DNA of 64,000 nucleotides. Source: Mobula hypostoma (Eukaryota). The translations under genes and the position numbers were made by a program. Position 1 is the first letter of the stretch; every line of letters begins with the position of its first letter. Shown piece after piece: positions 37,351 to 51,078 of this stretch. Under the pieces are notes generated by a model. That model ran no database searches. It saw only the letters and a list, made by a program, of their open reading frames with translations, and was not told the DNA's origin. Location: positions 68,076,001 to 68,140,000 of the forward strand of contig NC_086109.1 in the NCBI RefSeq assembly GCF_963921235.1, in the 5' to 3' direction.

Positions 37351-37483
37351 CTGATCCAATGTACTTACACACCAGTCACCTATCCCTACACATCTCTTGT
37401 TGCATCAAACATTTCCTGAATTCTAAAAGCAATTCTTAATATGAAGTTCAGAGTAAGGAAGGTGTAAATACAGTCAACAGTAC

Positions 37484-37486
<3 letters not shown>

Positions 37487-37520
<34 letters not shown>

Positions 37521-37527
37521 TGTGTGT
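37487..37527. repeat. (TG)n microsatellite
   Basis: Direct reading. Confidence 0.97.
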
Positions 37528-37656
37528 ACTTATTTATGTACACTTATGTGTAGTATGTTTACTATATAATTATACTCTGCATTTAAATAGTGTCTAGTTC
37601 AATTCAGTGGCAGCACCCTGTAAGCAAGGACAAGCAAGGTTTGGCTTGGGTCTGAT

Positions 37657-37785
37657 CACAAACCATCTGCAGATGCTGAAATCTGAGCAACACACACAAA
37701 ATGCTGGAGGAACTCAGCAGGCCAGGCAACATCTATGGAAAAGATTACAGTCAACGTTTCAGGCAGAGACCCTTCATTAGTCCTG
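37657..37785 (-). mobile_element. Penelope pLTR fragment with decayed hammerhead
   Basis: Minus strand CTAATGA AGGGTCTCTGCCT GAAA CG TT GACTG; same arm as 50377-50514. Confidence 0.85.
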
Positions 37786-38519
37786 ATTGCTTGGATTGGG
37801 TCTTTCTGGGCCAGGGAGCTGAATGTTTTCAGTTCACTGACATTTAAGTAATTTGTGCCCAATTGGTTTTGTGTCCATAGTCAAAAGAATGTCTTATCAT
37901 TCCTGGAACATATTGCTTTAAAATAGACATATATATACAGTAATAGTAACTTTCAAAAGGGAACTGTTTAGAACGTTTGTGGAGATTAGGAGAAAGAACT
38001 GAAAGTGTTGAATTAATTTGGATGTCTTTTTCAAAGGGATGGCACAGGCTTCCTCTTGTGTTCATTCTTCTATGTAGACCACAGGCCCATTCTTCTCAAA
38101 TGCAGACTGCCAAGCTGTACATCTGACTGCCCTCAATTACCCACTTCCCCAAATCGTGGCCTAATCAGCACACCCTAACTCCTCCACTCATTGGCCTAAT
38201 TCAAGTCCCTCTCTTTTCCACTCTCAGTGACTTTCTATGATGATCACCTGGACATGATCTCAGTTTGGCCCTGGACTCTATGATTTCCATGGTCTATGTT
38301 CACTGTTAAATTTCCTGTGAACATTAGTTCACAGTGCTGCAGTACTGCGATACCTTCTGCAGGAGCAGCCTTCCTTCTAAGCATGCAGGAATAATTTTGT
38401 CGCAAACTCTGGCTTCATTTTGAGGAGATGCTTGAAGCAACTGCAAGTGCAGGAAATGCGAGCTTTGCTTCTATATCTGGAAGGGGATGTCTAGATTATA
38501 TCACCTTCAGGCAACAAAA

Positions 38520-39129
38520 TGAAGCTAGGCGTGCGCAGCCCTCCGGTGAAAAATGATATTGTATCTGTTAAATAGGGGCCATGGACAATTCTGATTTGAT
38601 GGAGATAGACGTGAAAGCACAGAGGAACATCTGAACAAATTTCTGAAATGCCAATTCGCTGCTGTTGTTACTGCGCAGTCGGGAATCTTTCAGAGGGAAG
38701 GCCTCAAAATCCCCGGCTTTGCCTGCCATTGGCGACCGAGATTGAGGTCGAATCTTTCAGACAGAGATGGCACTCAGTATTCGGTGTCGGAGAGCTGATC
38801 GGAGGCTCGAAGTTTTCGGATGACTCAGATTTGGACTGTGGTTGGGCATGGCAGGGAGAGTTTTTCTTCCGTCTGCATGAGATTTGGGACATGTGAGAGA
38901 CTTTGAACTTTTTACTGTGCTCATGGACTTCTTCATCAAGTTATGGTATTGTTGCACTGTTGTAACTATATGTTATAACTATATGGTTTTGTTAGTTTTT
39001 TCAGTCTTGGTCTGTCCTGTGTTTTGTGATATCACACCAGAGGAAATATTGTATCATTTCTTAATGCATGCATTACTAAATGACAACAAAAGAGGACTGG
39101 GTGTCTTCATAATCTAATCTGTCTAATCT
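38520..39129 (+). mobile_element. Retroposon family A, older copy
   Basis: Same body and (AATCT)n tail as 15431-16104. Confidence 0.88.
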
Positions 39130-40249
39130 AGGCAGAAGTGCATTCATATGGAGCATGGTCCTTGTGTATGAACCCTGCTTACATCCAGATCTCCAGGATC
39201 TTTGAGGATATGGATTTGGTGCATGCACTGATTGGGCCTCAAACGAAATTGACAGTGGATTCTGGGCTGTGTACTCCATCACAAAATAGTTTATGTCAGG
39301 ATTCCTGTATCTTAAGTGTTGGATTAGCATCGAAATTTCCATTTTCCTTGTAACTTAATAACCTGCTTGTCTGTAAATGTTCTGTGGATTTTCAGTAACT
39401 TGTAATATAACTGGTTCTATATTTTTAGTAGTTCCTTTGTAAGCCTGCAGCGTGCCAGCATAGCTCGAACTGTCTCCTAAGCTGTTCTTATCGAAAGAAT
39501 TTTCTTATCTGTCCAATGTCAGCTGGTTTTCCGTATAAAGATGACTACAAGGCAAGGCTCTTTGTTTCTCCTTTGTTCTTTCTTTGCTCCTTTCTTACAG
39601 GCGCCTGAGTAGGTTACTGTTATTTCTTAGTTATGAACCTCTAATAAAATGGCTGTAACCACAGAATTTATGTCTCATTCTTGACTACAGAAGAACTTTC
39701 TGCATGATATAATCTCCAGATCCAACGCCCGTTAACCCAGATGTTCTAACTCCCTGCATCTCTGTCCGCATAATGCTTTGTTGCTGGGCTTTCCTTCAAG
39801 TGTCAACCTCGCTGTCTGTCTTGCAGTCTTCACCTCCCAGCACTAGCGCTCTCTCAAAGTGTGAGGTCAGACTTAACAACTGTCAGTGGCTTATCTGGAG
39901 GAGTTTGGAATACAGACACTATGAATCTGTTGCTGAAACAAAATAGTGTCAGTGGAAAAGAGTTTCAGATTCCTATTCTGTAGACTCAAAAAGCAGCCCC
40001 AGCATTCCTTCTGCTTAAACATCTGCATCTATCCCTTTTGGGTGGTGACAGAACCCAGATCCATTCTCCCCTTTTGAATGGCATGTAAGCACTCTCTGAC
40101 AAGGCTCAAATGTGAATCGGGATCAGTTGGCCGAGGCACGTTTCACTGTTTCTCAGCCTGAGTAAATGCCTTCAGGAGAGGGAAGATATAAGATAGAAAA
40201 GCATTCAACTGAAACAAAACAAAATGAAAGAATAGCTGAATCGTAATGT

Positions 40250-40800
40250 ATTTTGGAAAGAGCACTGAAGAAGGATAATATGAATATTATGCTTTCGAAA
40301 GGGTTCCGGGAACAGAGAAAGTTGGCAGTTTTCATGCAGAAGTCTTTGGCTGCAGTAAGACGCATTGATAACACTGCTAAAGTAATGAATGAGATTCTTA
40401 GCTTTATTAAAAAGAAGCATAAAAGCAACAAAGTTATGCTAGCCATATACTGATTAATTCACTAATTAAAACCTCATCTCTAACTTTATGTTACGGTCTT
40501 GGAGAAAGTACATGAGCAGCGGGATAAAACCAAGCATGAATGATTTCAATTTGGTGGAGTGACTAGCAGAGCTGTGATTGATAACAGGGCAGAGAAGGTC
40601 ATGAGGTGATTTTACAAAGTTCAATATGCTGAAAGATTTTGAAAGAGAGAAACTGTTTCTATTAGCAGGAGCCCATAGATTCACCGAACACAGGTAAGTG
40701 TTTTCAGCAGGAAGGCGAAGGACTGAGAGGGAGAGATGCCCTTGGCATGAAGGTTGCTTTCTAAGATTATTGCTACATATAGCCCACAAGGAAAGCAAAG
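40250..40800 (+). mobile_element. Old CR1 3' fragment
   Basis: KVMNEILSFIKKKHKSNKVML resembles CR1 KANGMLGFI..GIEYKSKEVML. Confidence 0.55.
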
Positions 40801-41564
40801 ACAATAACATAACTTCTGGGGCTCTCCTATCAGCAGATTTGAGTGTGGACAACCCATGATCACCATTCCAAACAGGTCCTAATGATGTCAAAGTACTGAT
40901 TTGCATATTTAAACAAGAACCTTTCAAAGAGAAGGTTGGCATTACAAGCCAGAGGAGGGCAGCAGTGGGAGGTGTAAGAGGACATGACTATTTTAACTGC
41001 CAATGTTTATTATTGAGTTGGGTTAAAGTTGGCTATATTATACCCTGCTAATCCTATCATTGCCCAGATATTAAAAATACAGATGTCTGTGGAATTGTAG
41101 AACAGAAACCTAAGGCTTACTTCATTGTTTTTGTTCCTCACCTGGATGGGATTCATAGCTAATGTGTGCCAAACCCTCCACGATAACTGATGGTTATTTA
41201 TTTTAGCTTCACATCAAAGTAAAAACATCCACACACCTAGTCCTAGTACAGATTCAGGCGATGCAGAAGTGGTTTCAACTAAAGTTATTCCATGGAAGAG
41301 CCTATCAAATCATGGAAGATGTAATTTATATCTATCCCAGTCCAGATATAAACTAAATGTTTAGCTCTTAATCATTATAATTAGGATTTGTTTTGGTCTC
41401 CTGCCCTCTCACTTGATGTAAACAAGTCTTTTTTTTAAATGGAGGCACTTATTCTTAAAATATGTAAAATTTCTTTCTGGTTTTGTTAGCTGCCCAGACA
41501 CAACTCTGCTCTCCACAGTCATTTTTCTGCATCATGCATTCCATCCCCACCACACACTCATTCC

Positions 41565-41722
41565 AAACACAAGAAATTCTGCAGATGATGTAAATCCAGA
41601 GCAACACTCACTAAATGCTGGAGGAGCTCAGCAAGTCAGGTAGCATCTACAGAAAGGAATAAACAGTTGATGTTTCGGGCTGCAACCCTTCATCAGGACT
41701 GCTAAAGAAGGGAGAAGAAGCA
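41565..41722 (-). mobile_element. Penelope pLTR fragment with hammerhead core
   Basis: Minus strand AGTC CTGATGA A GGGTTGCAGCCC GAAA CA TC AACT (41665-41700). Confidence 0.85.
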
Positions 41723-42279
41723 TTCCAACACTAGTTCTAAATTTTCCATTTTAGCAAAATGAGCCCAAGTACTCTTGCAATTAAATTGTAAAAAAAAATT
41801 GCCCCTTCATCTTTTCATTTACTTTAATTATTGTATTCCCTACAAACTTGCCCTTGAGTCATTTTAATCATCTATGAAATGGGAGTGTTTGTGTCTAGGT
41901 AGGTGTAAAGATTTAAATAGTACTCAACCCATGCCCAATCCAACTTAAATCTGCATATTTCCACATTTCATGGAGACTGCACAGCAGGTTAATGGATACT
42001 ATGTTCCCTGAGTTGCTCATTTAAACATTTGAGGCTCTCTAAACATTTGATTTAATCTCTTTTCCATCTTTACCATTAGCTGGTTGAATATTCTAGTCTT
42101 GAAGATCCCAGCAGCTAAATGGGCTTGAGGACAGAAATATGGAAGAGGTAACTTCCTTCATCGATCTTCTTGTGGTCAGGAGAAGCTGGGCGTCCCCCCA
42201 GATCTACAAACGCTCCAGAATTAACTGCTCCGAACACTCACTCCATAAAATGTAAGGGCCCTCGTTATAATCTCTGCAT

Positions 42280-42480
42280 ACACTTCCTGTGACTCATATT
42301 TCTAACTTGAATGATCTGTTCTTGTGTTCACCCATTCGTTTCAGCAGAATTCCAGAGGTGGGAGTGACTTCCCCAAACATAAGGCAATATTTGACCAAAT
42401 GTGACTCACTAAAACTATTCCGTCACGAGCAAAGGTGTTGGCGGGGGGGGGGGTGGATTTTCCACTGAATGATGTCATTC
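42280..42480. promoter_or_regulatory. Candidate inducible enhancer (ETS/AP-1/NF-kB-NFAT/ATF motif cluster)
   Basis: CACTTCCTG-TGACTCA (42281-42296), TGACTCA (42402), TGGATTTTCCA (42454), TGATGTCA (42470) in apparently non-repetitive DNA. Confidence 0.35.
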
Positions 42481-45149
42481 ACAGTACCAAGGAAAGTGGC
42501 CAATAAAAAAAATTAAGTGGCATGTAAAAACCCTGAAGGGACTCAGTGAGCCAGGCAGCACCTATGGAGGGAAACGGATGGTCAATACTTCGAGTCGAGA
42601 TCCTTTGGGTAATTCCAAGTGGAGACATTCACATGCATTCAAACTCTGATAATTTTGATAGCTGGCTCTGCCCAGGGATGTGTCTTAGCTAACTGTCCGA
42701 TTCTCTGGCGCTTTGGACTGCCAGGTACAGCTCCGCAAGACAGTGCTGCATAGAATTCCTTTGAATATCTCCAACCACCACAGATTCAGAGAGACTCAAC
42801 ATGTCAGGAAGCATCTGAAGTGATTGAGATACTGTGTTAACCTTTTTTGTCCAATACCATTTAATTAGAACCAGATTGGTGCTGGCTTCATTCAGGATTT
42901 TGCACCAGAAGATCCTCCACTGATATAGTAACTACAAACGTAATGTGGATGGCAATGGCAAATATCTGGGGGCGGCTTGCTACTGACTGGAACTTCCAAA
43001 CTATTAACTTCAAACATTGTGGACAATATTCTTATCATTTAACTGAGACCAAAGCATGGGGATTCTAGATGAGGTGGCTCAAATTTACATTGACTGTTCC
43101 ATTAGCGCAATATGCTGAACAAGTCGAAAAGCTCCGAAATTCATAATACTTCTATTCTTTCTCTCTAACTGCCCCCCCAATAGATTCTGTTCATTTTCTT
43201 TCTCCCTCTCTCTCTCTCTCTCTCTCTCACTCTTTCTAAAGTTGCCCATTAAACCTTTGACCAAGTAATCTTCACCTGCTGAGAGTTTCCAGAATTTTCT
43301 GCTCTACTTCAAGCTTCAAGAATCTCCATTTTTTAAAACTTTCATTTATATTTGCTGTTCCAGTTTTAAAAAGCATACAAGCTGTGAACATGCAGCCTTC
43401 CACAGAACTAGAGGTAATTATCTCAGATAAAGGTCCCCCTCCATGATAGCGCCAAGGCCTGAGGCTTTTATCTGTAATTATTGGGTGGAGCCTCTGCATC
43501 ATGGGGTGACTTCTGCATTCAGTTCCAACTTGTGGCTGGGATCCAGGTGCTGATGGTAAAACCAGTTCAAATGAACACAGTTTATGACAAGGAGACTGAG
43601 CTGAGGATGAGAGAAATAATTTTACTGACTTTATAATTGCTTCAGAGACACCATATAGTAAGCTGGATGTTGGCCATGTATTTTAGATCCAACAACCACA
43701 CCCAGCGACAATATAGTTGTTTAATGAAAGCCCAGGGCTAATGTAGTGCAAGTTACAATGTTTCTGTCTTATTACATTTTCTGCCATACAAGGCACAACA
43801 TTTCATATTTTATTAAAAAAACATTGCCTGCTTTTATCACAGTATATTCTTCATTGCCCAAAAGACTTTAAAAAAAAGTTCAATAGTCTCCTCACAGCAG
43901 GCATTACTACCACTTGAATCATTCAGTCACTCTTGATCTCTGTAGACATTTGCTTTTCTCCAGCTCCTGCCCATCTTTGCAACTTAAAATACATTTGATT
44001 TCTAACTTTTTCCAGCTCTGGTACATGGTCATCAACTTGAAATATTTGTTTTTTTTTTCTGCCTGAACAGATGCTACCTGACCTTTTGTGTATTCCCAGT
44101 ATTTTCTGTGTTTATTTCAGATTTATAACATCTACAGATTTTTGTCCAGTGAACCGTGAAAAGTGACAGCGATGCTGCCAGGGAATCAACAGATGTGCTC
44201 AATTGATTTCTTTATGCCCTTAAAAGAGATGAATTTGCTAATCTTGCCAGGGCTGATTTGAGTATGCCTCCAGACTGCCACCAAATTACATAGCCAAAAG
44301 AGCCATTCACATGTAAAACTTTCTTAGAGCCAGAACCACAAGAGATAAGTAATAATGGTGGTCTTGCATATGTTACCCAAATCTAGTAGCAAGTTTTATA
44401 AAAATTATCATATAACTTATTTATGATAATTTCAGTACAGCACTAAATTTAGATTATATTTCAAGTCTCCTGAGTGAACCTGCAATCTTCTAAGTTGTAA
44501 CTGTCGGCTAACTTTTGAATAATGAAAAAGAGGCCTTAAAGACAGCTTGTGTACTCAATCACGTCAAACATTGTAGTTGCTGAGGTGGATAAAGGGATCC
44601 ATTTCACCAAGGTTATAGTGAAAGACTTTGATAGGAGCCTTTTGGTACGTTGATGGGGTGGAAATCTTATTGGTGAGATTAACAAGCATGTGCCCGAATA
44701 AAGACCCACTGTAATTATGTACAGTCAATACTCTGGTCAAATAGGGTAATTCTTATAAAACCATATGCAAAGAATACTGATCAAAAACTGATATGTAAAT
44801 CTGAAAATATGAATTGAAAGTATTTGTATACATCAAATTATTAGCCCCAACCACCATTTTGTGCTGTAGAAGAGAATTTATTCTCTAACACAAATGAAGG
44901 CATAATTCTTCCAAAAGGTCATAAAAAGCATGTTAGTAAAACCTTGGTTGCAGGGTAGTGAGCTTCCTGGTTGGTGTGATTAGGATTTACTAGATTCACA
45001 GAGGCGGTCATAACAAGCTGAGCCCACTGACCTTGCTAGGGAGAACAATTCAGACTGACGCAGGTTTTTCTCTTGTGACATTTGTAGTCAGCCCTGTTGC
45101 AATGTTCTACCTGGCAACATCATAAATCAGGTCAAAAAAGCAGAGATTC

Positions 45150-45330
45150 AATTACTGCTGACTCTTAAGCTCTCCCACACAGCACCTGCTGTCTGCTTCT
45201 GATTAGTTGACAAGCGGAACAAATGGCAATTTCAGAGTGAGTGTCTTGTGCAATGACGTCACAGAAACCCATTGGAAAGTGTACTGGGGGCATGCACATC
45301 TCTGACTAATGCACAGCCCTACTGATGACT
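45150..45330. promoter_or_regulatory. Candidate bZIP enhancer (C/EBP-CRE composite)
   Basis: TTGTGCAAT overlapping a perfect CRE TGACGTCA (45246-45261); TGCTGACTC and TGACTAAT nearby. Confidence 0.3.
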
Positions 45331-45749
45331 ATATTTCAGGTTCTTTTGTCCAAGCATGTATACATCAATGAAAGAACCGATTCGGCAATGACAGACACAT
45401 ACCTTTTAAAGTTCATTTACCCAACATTACAAGGTTGAATGCTTTTGCGGATTTGTGAAACCGGTTCTCACACCATTTATCTATTCATCTTTGAAACAGA
45501 TGCAAAATATTTTAACATCAGGTATTCAAATACAAGGACCTGAAGACAAATTAAAGACATCAGTAGAGATACTGTAAGTCGGCTATGCACCAAGGGTCAT
45601 CATACCTTTAGCAAGAGGCTCAAATTATGTAATGTGATCAGAACTTTAAGTTACTGATATTGCATTTTTCACCTTACTGACAAAAAGTCATCAAATTGAA
45701 ATGCAAACACCGTTTCTCTCTTCACAGATGTTATCTCACCTGCTGAGCA

Positions 45750-46950
45750 CATAAGAACACAAGCAAATAGGAGCAGGAAGAGTCAGCTGGCTCCGTGAGC
45801 CTGTTCTGTCATTCAATACAACCATGTTCGATCTGCCTCAGGCTTCAATCCCTCCTTTTCTGCCAGCCCTTAAATCCTTGCTGTTTCAAAAATTATTATC
45901 TACTTCCACGTTAAATAATTCTAATGATCTAGCGTTTACCACCCTCTGGGGTAAGAAGTTTCAGAGACTCACCACCGTTTGTAAGAAGGAATTTCTATAT
46001 ACCTCAGTTTTAGTTGTAAGACCATAAGACGTAGGAACAGAATTAGAACATTCAACCCATTGAGTCTGCTCTACCCTAAGATCAGGTCAGATTTATTTTC
46101 CCTCCTATCTCCGTCCTCCTACTTTCTCCCTGTGAAATTCCTACTATCAATAACTTGTCAACCTTTGCTTTAAATGTACTTCTATCTACCTGTGCTTTAA
46201 ATATACCCAATGATTTGGCTTCCAGCCATATGTGGCAATGAAGCCCACATATTCACCACCCTCTGGCTAATGAAATTCCTCCTCATCTCTTTTCTCAAAG
46301 GATATCCTGCTGTTCTGAGGCTGTATCCTTTGGTCCTAGACTCTCCCATTACTGGAAACATCCTCTATTTAGGTCTTTCAATTTTTGGTAGGGTTCAATG
46401 AGCACTCTTCTTCCAAACTCCAGAGAGTACAGGCTGAAAGCCATCAAACACAGCTCGTACATTAACCCTTTCATTCCCAGGAACATTCTTGTAAACCTCA
46501 CAGTCCTTCCTTTGTCTATCTTGCCTGTTATTTCTTCAATAAAATCCAACAAATATGTCAGGAAACATGTCTCTTTAAGAAGACCATCCTGACTTTGGCC
46601 TATTTTATTGTGTTCCTCCAAGTAACTCAAAACCACATCCAGTTTTAAATGACTACTCCCTTGACTGGTAACTATATCCTTATGTTCGAGGCTCTCCTAC
46701 TAATAAAAACATCACAATATCTACCCTTTCATGCCTCCTTATGGTCTTATATGCTTACCTAATGATTACCTGCCAGCTATCACCTATCAGTCTTCTAAAT
46801 TTTAAAGAAAACTGACTACTGACCCAATCAGTCCAATCTCTCTTGATAGGAAAATTCTCTCTTTCCAGGAATTAATCTGTTGAATCTCTACTGGCCTGCT
46901 TCCAACGCTCCTTTCTTGAGCAAGGGAATCAGTACTGTGCACACTCCTCC
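45750..46950 (-). mobile_element. Two nested decayed CR1 3' fragments
   Basis: Tails acataagaac (45749) and aagaccataagac (46018); LYSLEF and QSQDG remnants; the outer element resumes near 46641. Confidence 0.75.
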
Positions 46951-47228
46951 TGTAGAGTCCAAAATATTCTGATTTTATTCCAGAGTTAAAAGTTTAGCAT
47001 ATACAACTCAGGACTGAAGATAATGACTGCCAAATACATGATAATGCTAAGGAGTCTGGTTAAGAAGAGAAAAATACTTTTAAAATCTGGTGGTATGGTT
47101 CCGATAATGTCATCGTTCAGAACGGCAGCTTAAATCAACTGCTCCTCCGGAAAAACGCATATTTTACCCCGTTAATCCATCAAGTATAAGATCTTTCGAA
47201 AATATCTGAATTGATAAAGGGGGCAAGA

Positions 47229-48237
47229 ATGGAAATAAGAAAGCACCACTGCTGAGCCTGTGGAAGAGAGGGGGGCAACGCGCGGCTCTCCTACACGTGC
47301 GCTTGGCGGCGATGCTGACGCCGGGCCTCGCGCGGGTGAAGCGGCAAATATGATAAGGATTCTGGAAGAGGTAAGGGAAGTCCAAAAAGATATAAAACAG
47401 CAACTCAATGATATAAAGTCAGAGCTCGCCACCGTCAATCAGAAAATAGCGGTGGCAGAGACTCGAATTGAGAAGGTGGAAGATTGCGTGCAAAACGTGG
47501 AACAAATACTAAGTAAGACGATAAAATTATTAAATCAACAGGAAAGTAAATTGTTTGACCAGGAGGGAAGATCGCGACGGAAAAATTTCAGGATTTATAA
47601 TGTTCCCGAAGGAGCGGAGGGACTGTCGATGATGGACTTTGTAGACAAGCTGCTGCGGGAAGCGCTGGAGATTCCCCAGACTACGGAGATTGAAGTTGAG
47701 AGGGCACATCGTTAGCTCGTCCAGCGGCCTCCCGGAGACGGACAAAGTAAACCACACTCAATAGTACTTAAGTTCCTTTGATTCAAGAGCAAGGCGGAGA
47801 TTCTATGAGGGGCCTGGGGTAAGTAGAGGGTTTTTTGGAACAGGATGTTAATATACTTTGATCATGATTACTTCCCCCCCCCCCACCCCCCCGGCGGTCC
47901 TACAGAAACGGAAGGAATATTCCCAAGCGAAACGAATATTAAAGCAAGAAAAGATTAAATTCCAGACCCCGTACCCTGCTAAACTGAGGGTATTTTACCA
48001 AGAAGGGATGTGACTGTACAAGATGGTGGAGGAGGCGACTACAGACATGAACAACAGAGGACTGTCCATTAGTGTGGTCAAACCAAGGGAAAGTCTGGCT
48101 GAGCAGTTGTCCCGAGCTGCTTGGGAAATAGTAAGAGAACCTAGAAGCAGGGGACGGGAGCAGGGCGAGAGAAGGATATTAGGAAGAGACTGTCAGTTCT
48201 CCGAGGGCAGCCCTCACCTCCTCCAGAAGAGCCATAA
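47229..48237 (+). pseudogene. L1 ORF1p (coiled coil-RRM-CTD), disrupted
   Basis: ORF 47260-47715 with heptad region and IEVERAHR; downstream FDHDY and FQTPYPAKLRVF in shifted frames. Confidence 0.85.
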
Positions 48238-50477
48238 GATTTGGCTAACTTTAAAAGTGCTGATAAACTAAACAAGCAAAAATAGACAGTGATATGCCTA
48301 TCTCGAGAAATACGTGTTATAATGTGGATTTTATATTACTCAATTTTTAAAAATTCATTTATTCATTCCTTTTTCCCCACCTAAATGAGAATATATACAT
48401 GGGAGGAATACACAGAAATAATTTCTGTGTAATGGACATTGTTTCTTTTACTTACTTTTATAGGTACTGCAACGGGGGCCCTCAACCCACAGGTAGAAGG
48501 GGCTAACCCCCACGGCTAGATTTTTCTTCTAGCCTATCCCAGGGTCATCTAGAGACCCCAGCCTTGGAATTACACCTTCGTTACCTTTTTAAAAATTATT
48601 CGCATTTCTTGGCTCTTATTTGTTGAGGGAGTACCTCGATTAAGTTATATTCTGCAAATTTCAATGATATACTAACAGATAAATACACATGGCAAAGTAC
48701 AAAGTAAAATTAATTTCTTTTAATGTTAATGGGCTGTTGAATCCAGTCAAGCGCAGTAAAATTCTATCAAAAATGAAAAAAGAACAAGCCCAAGTAGTAT
48801 ATTTACAGGAAACTCACTTAAGTGATAATGAGCATGGAAAATTGAAGAGAATGGACTTCACTAATCTGTTTTTCTCCTCATATAAATCAGGACATAGAAG
48901 AGGAGTTGTTATTCTCATCTCAAGTAAGCTAAATTTTGAAAAAGTATTCGAAATGGGAGATAAGGAGGGCAGATATATTCTGGTAAGGGGAAATATAGAT
49001 GGAAATCCAGTTACTTTATTAAATATATATGCACACCCAGGAGGTGATATTAGTTTCCTCCAAAAAAGTACTAATATTATGGTAACAGAAACTGAAGGTC
49101 TCTTGATATGTGGGGGAGAGTTAAATTTACAATTACAACCAAGGTTAGTCTCTTCCAATAGAAAAACTTATGAAACAAAGTCCTTACATAAGAAAGTTAA
49201 CGCTCTTTTTGAGGATGTTTTTGCATGACATATGGAGGAACCTTTTCCCCGACAGAAGGGATTACACTCATTATTCTGCCCCCCATTCCGTATATACAAG
49301 AATAGACTATTTCATAACATTTGGAAAAGCTAGAGACAAGATAATCACCTTTGGAATTGGGACAATAGATGTAAGTGACTATGCAACTATATATTTATCT
49401 GTTGATTTTGACCTACAGCCAAAGAATACTATTTGGGAACTAAATTCAAGTCGACTCAATGATCCCTATTTTAAGGAACAAATTAAAAAAGAAATTGGTC
49501 TTTACTTAGAATTCAATGATAATGGAGAGGTTTCACCTCCCATTCTATGGGATACTCTGAAAGCTGCCTTAAGAGGGAAAATCATAGTGATATCTTCATA
49601 TAAGAAAAAAATAAGGAATAGAACATTAGAGGAATTACAAAATAAGCTGAAGGGACTAGAAAAAAGACACAAATTGAGTTTGGCACAGGATACACTAGAG
49701 GAAATTTTAAAAAATAGGAATGAAATTAATAGTTTGGCAACACAAGAAATTAGAAAAAAATTAATGTTTCTGAAACAGAGACACTATGAAAGTGGATCTA
49801 AATCTATGAAAATACTGGCGTGGAAACTAAAAAAAAGATAGCAGAAAATACAATTCATAGAATAAGGGATCCAAGAACAGAAGTGATAAAAAATAAGCTA
49901 AGTGAAATTCAAGAAGGTTTTGAAATGTTTCACAAAACTTTATATTCCAAAGTTCCAGGGGGAAGCATAACCCAAATTGACACCTTCCTGAATTCTTTAG
50001 AGTTACCCACTTTAAACAAGGAACAAAATAGAACGATGACTGCTGACATAACTGAAGCTGAACTAAAAACTGCAATTAGTAGGCTTAAATTAAGCAAGTC
50101 ACCAGGATCAGATGGATATACGACAGAGTGGTATAAAGAGTTTAGAAGTGAGTTAATTCCTGTTTTACTCCCCACACTGAACTGGGCCCTGAGAAGGGCG
50201 CAAATGCCACCCAGCTGGAAGGAGGCGATAATCTCAGCTATACCGAAACAAGGCAAAGATAAAATGGAAGGTGGGTCATTTAGACCAATATCTGTTCTTA
50301 ATGTGGATTACAAAATATTTACTTCCATCATGACCAAATGATTAGAAGGGTTTCTACCCACACTGATACATAATGATCACAAACAACAGGAATTCTGCAG
50401 ATGCTGGAAATTCAAGCAGCACACATCAAAGTTGCTGGTGAACGCAGCAGGCCAGGCAGCATCTCTAGGAAGAGGTA

Positions 50478-50515
50478 CAGTCGACGTTTCAGGCTGAGAC
50501 CCTTCGTCAGGACTA
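50478..50515 (-). ncRNA. Minimal type-I hammerhead ribozyme motif (inverted pLTR)
   Basis: Minus strand TAGTC-CTGACGA-AGG gtctcag CCT-GAAA-CG-TC|GACTG. Confidence 0.85.
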
Positions 50516-51040
50516 ACTGAAGGAAGAGTTAGTAAGAGACTTGAAAGCTCTGTCCGCCAGAGAAAGCAGGATCTCCCAGTGGCCACACGTTTCAATTCTA
50601 CATCCCATTCCCATTCTGACATGTCTATCCACGGCCTCCTCTGCTGTAAAGATGAAGCCACACTCAGGTTGGAGGAACAACACCTTATATTCCGTCTGGG
50701 TAGCCTCCAACCTGATGGCATGAACATCGACTTCTTTAACTTCCGCTAATGCCCCGCCTCCCCCTCGTACCCCATCCATTATTTATTTTTATACACACGT
50801 TCTTTCTCTCACTCTCCTTTTTCTCCCTCTGTCCCTCTGACTGCACCCCTTGCCCATCCTCTGGGTTCCCCTCCCCCGTCTTTCTCCTCGGGCCTCCTGT
50901 CCCATGATCCTCTCGTATCCCCTTTGCCAATCACCTGTCCAGCTCTTGGCTCCATCCCTCCCCCTCCTGTCTTCTCCTATTATTTTGGATCTCCCCCTCC
51001 CCCTCCCACTTTCAAATTCCTTACTAACTCTTCCTTCAGT

Positions 51041-51078
51041 TAGTCCTGACGAAGGGTATCGGCCTGAAACGTCGACTG
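51041..51078 (+). ncRNA. Minimal type-I hammerhead ribozyme motif (PLE pLTR)
   Basis: (T)AGTC-CTGACGA-AGG gtatcgg CCT-GAAA-CG-TC|GACT(G); predicted cleavage after C51073; palindromic ACGT helix III. Confidence 0.85.
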
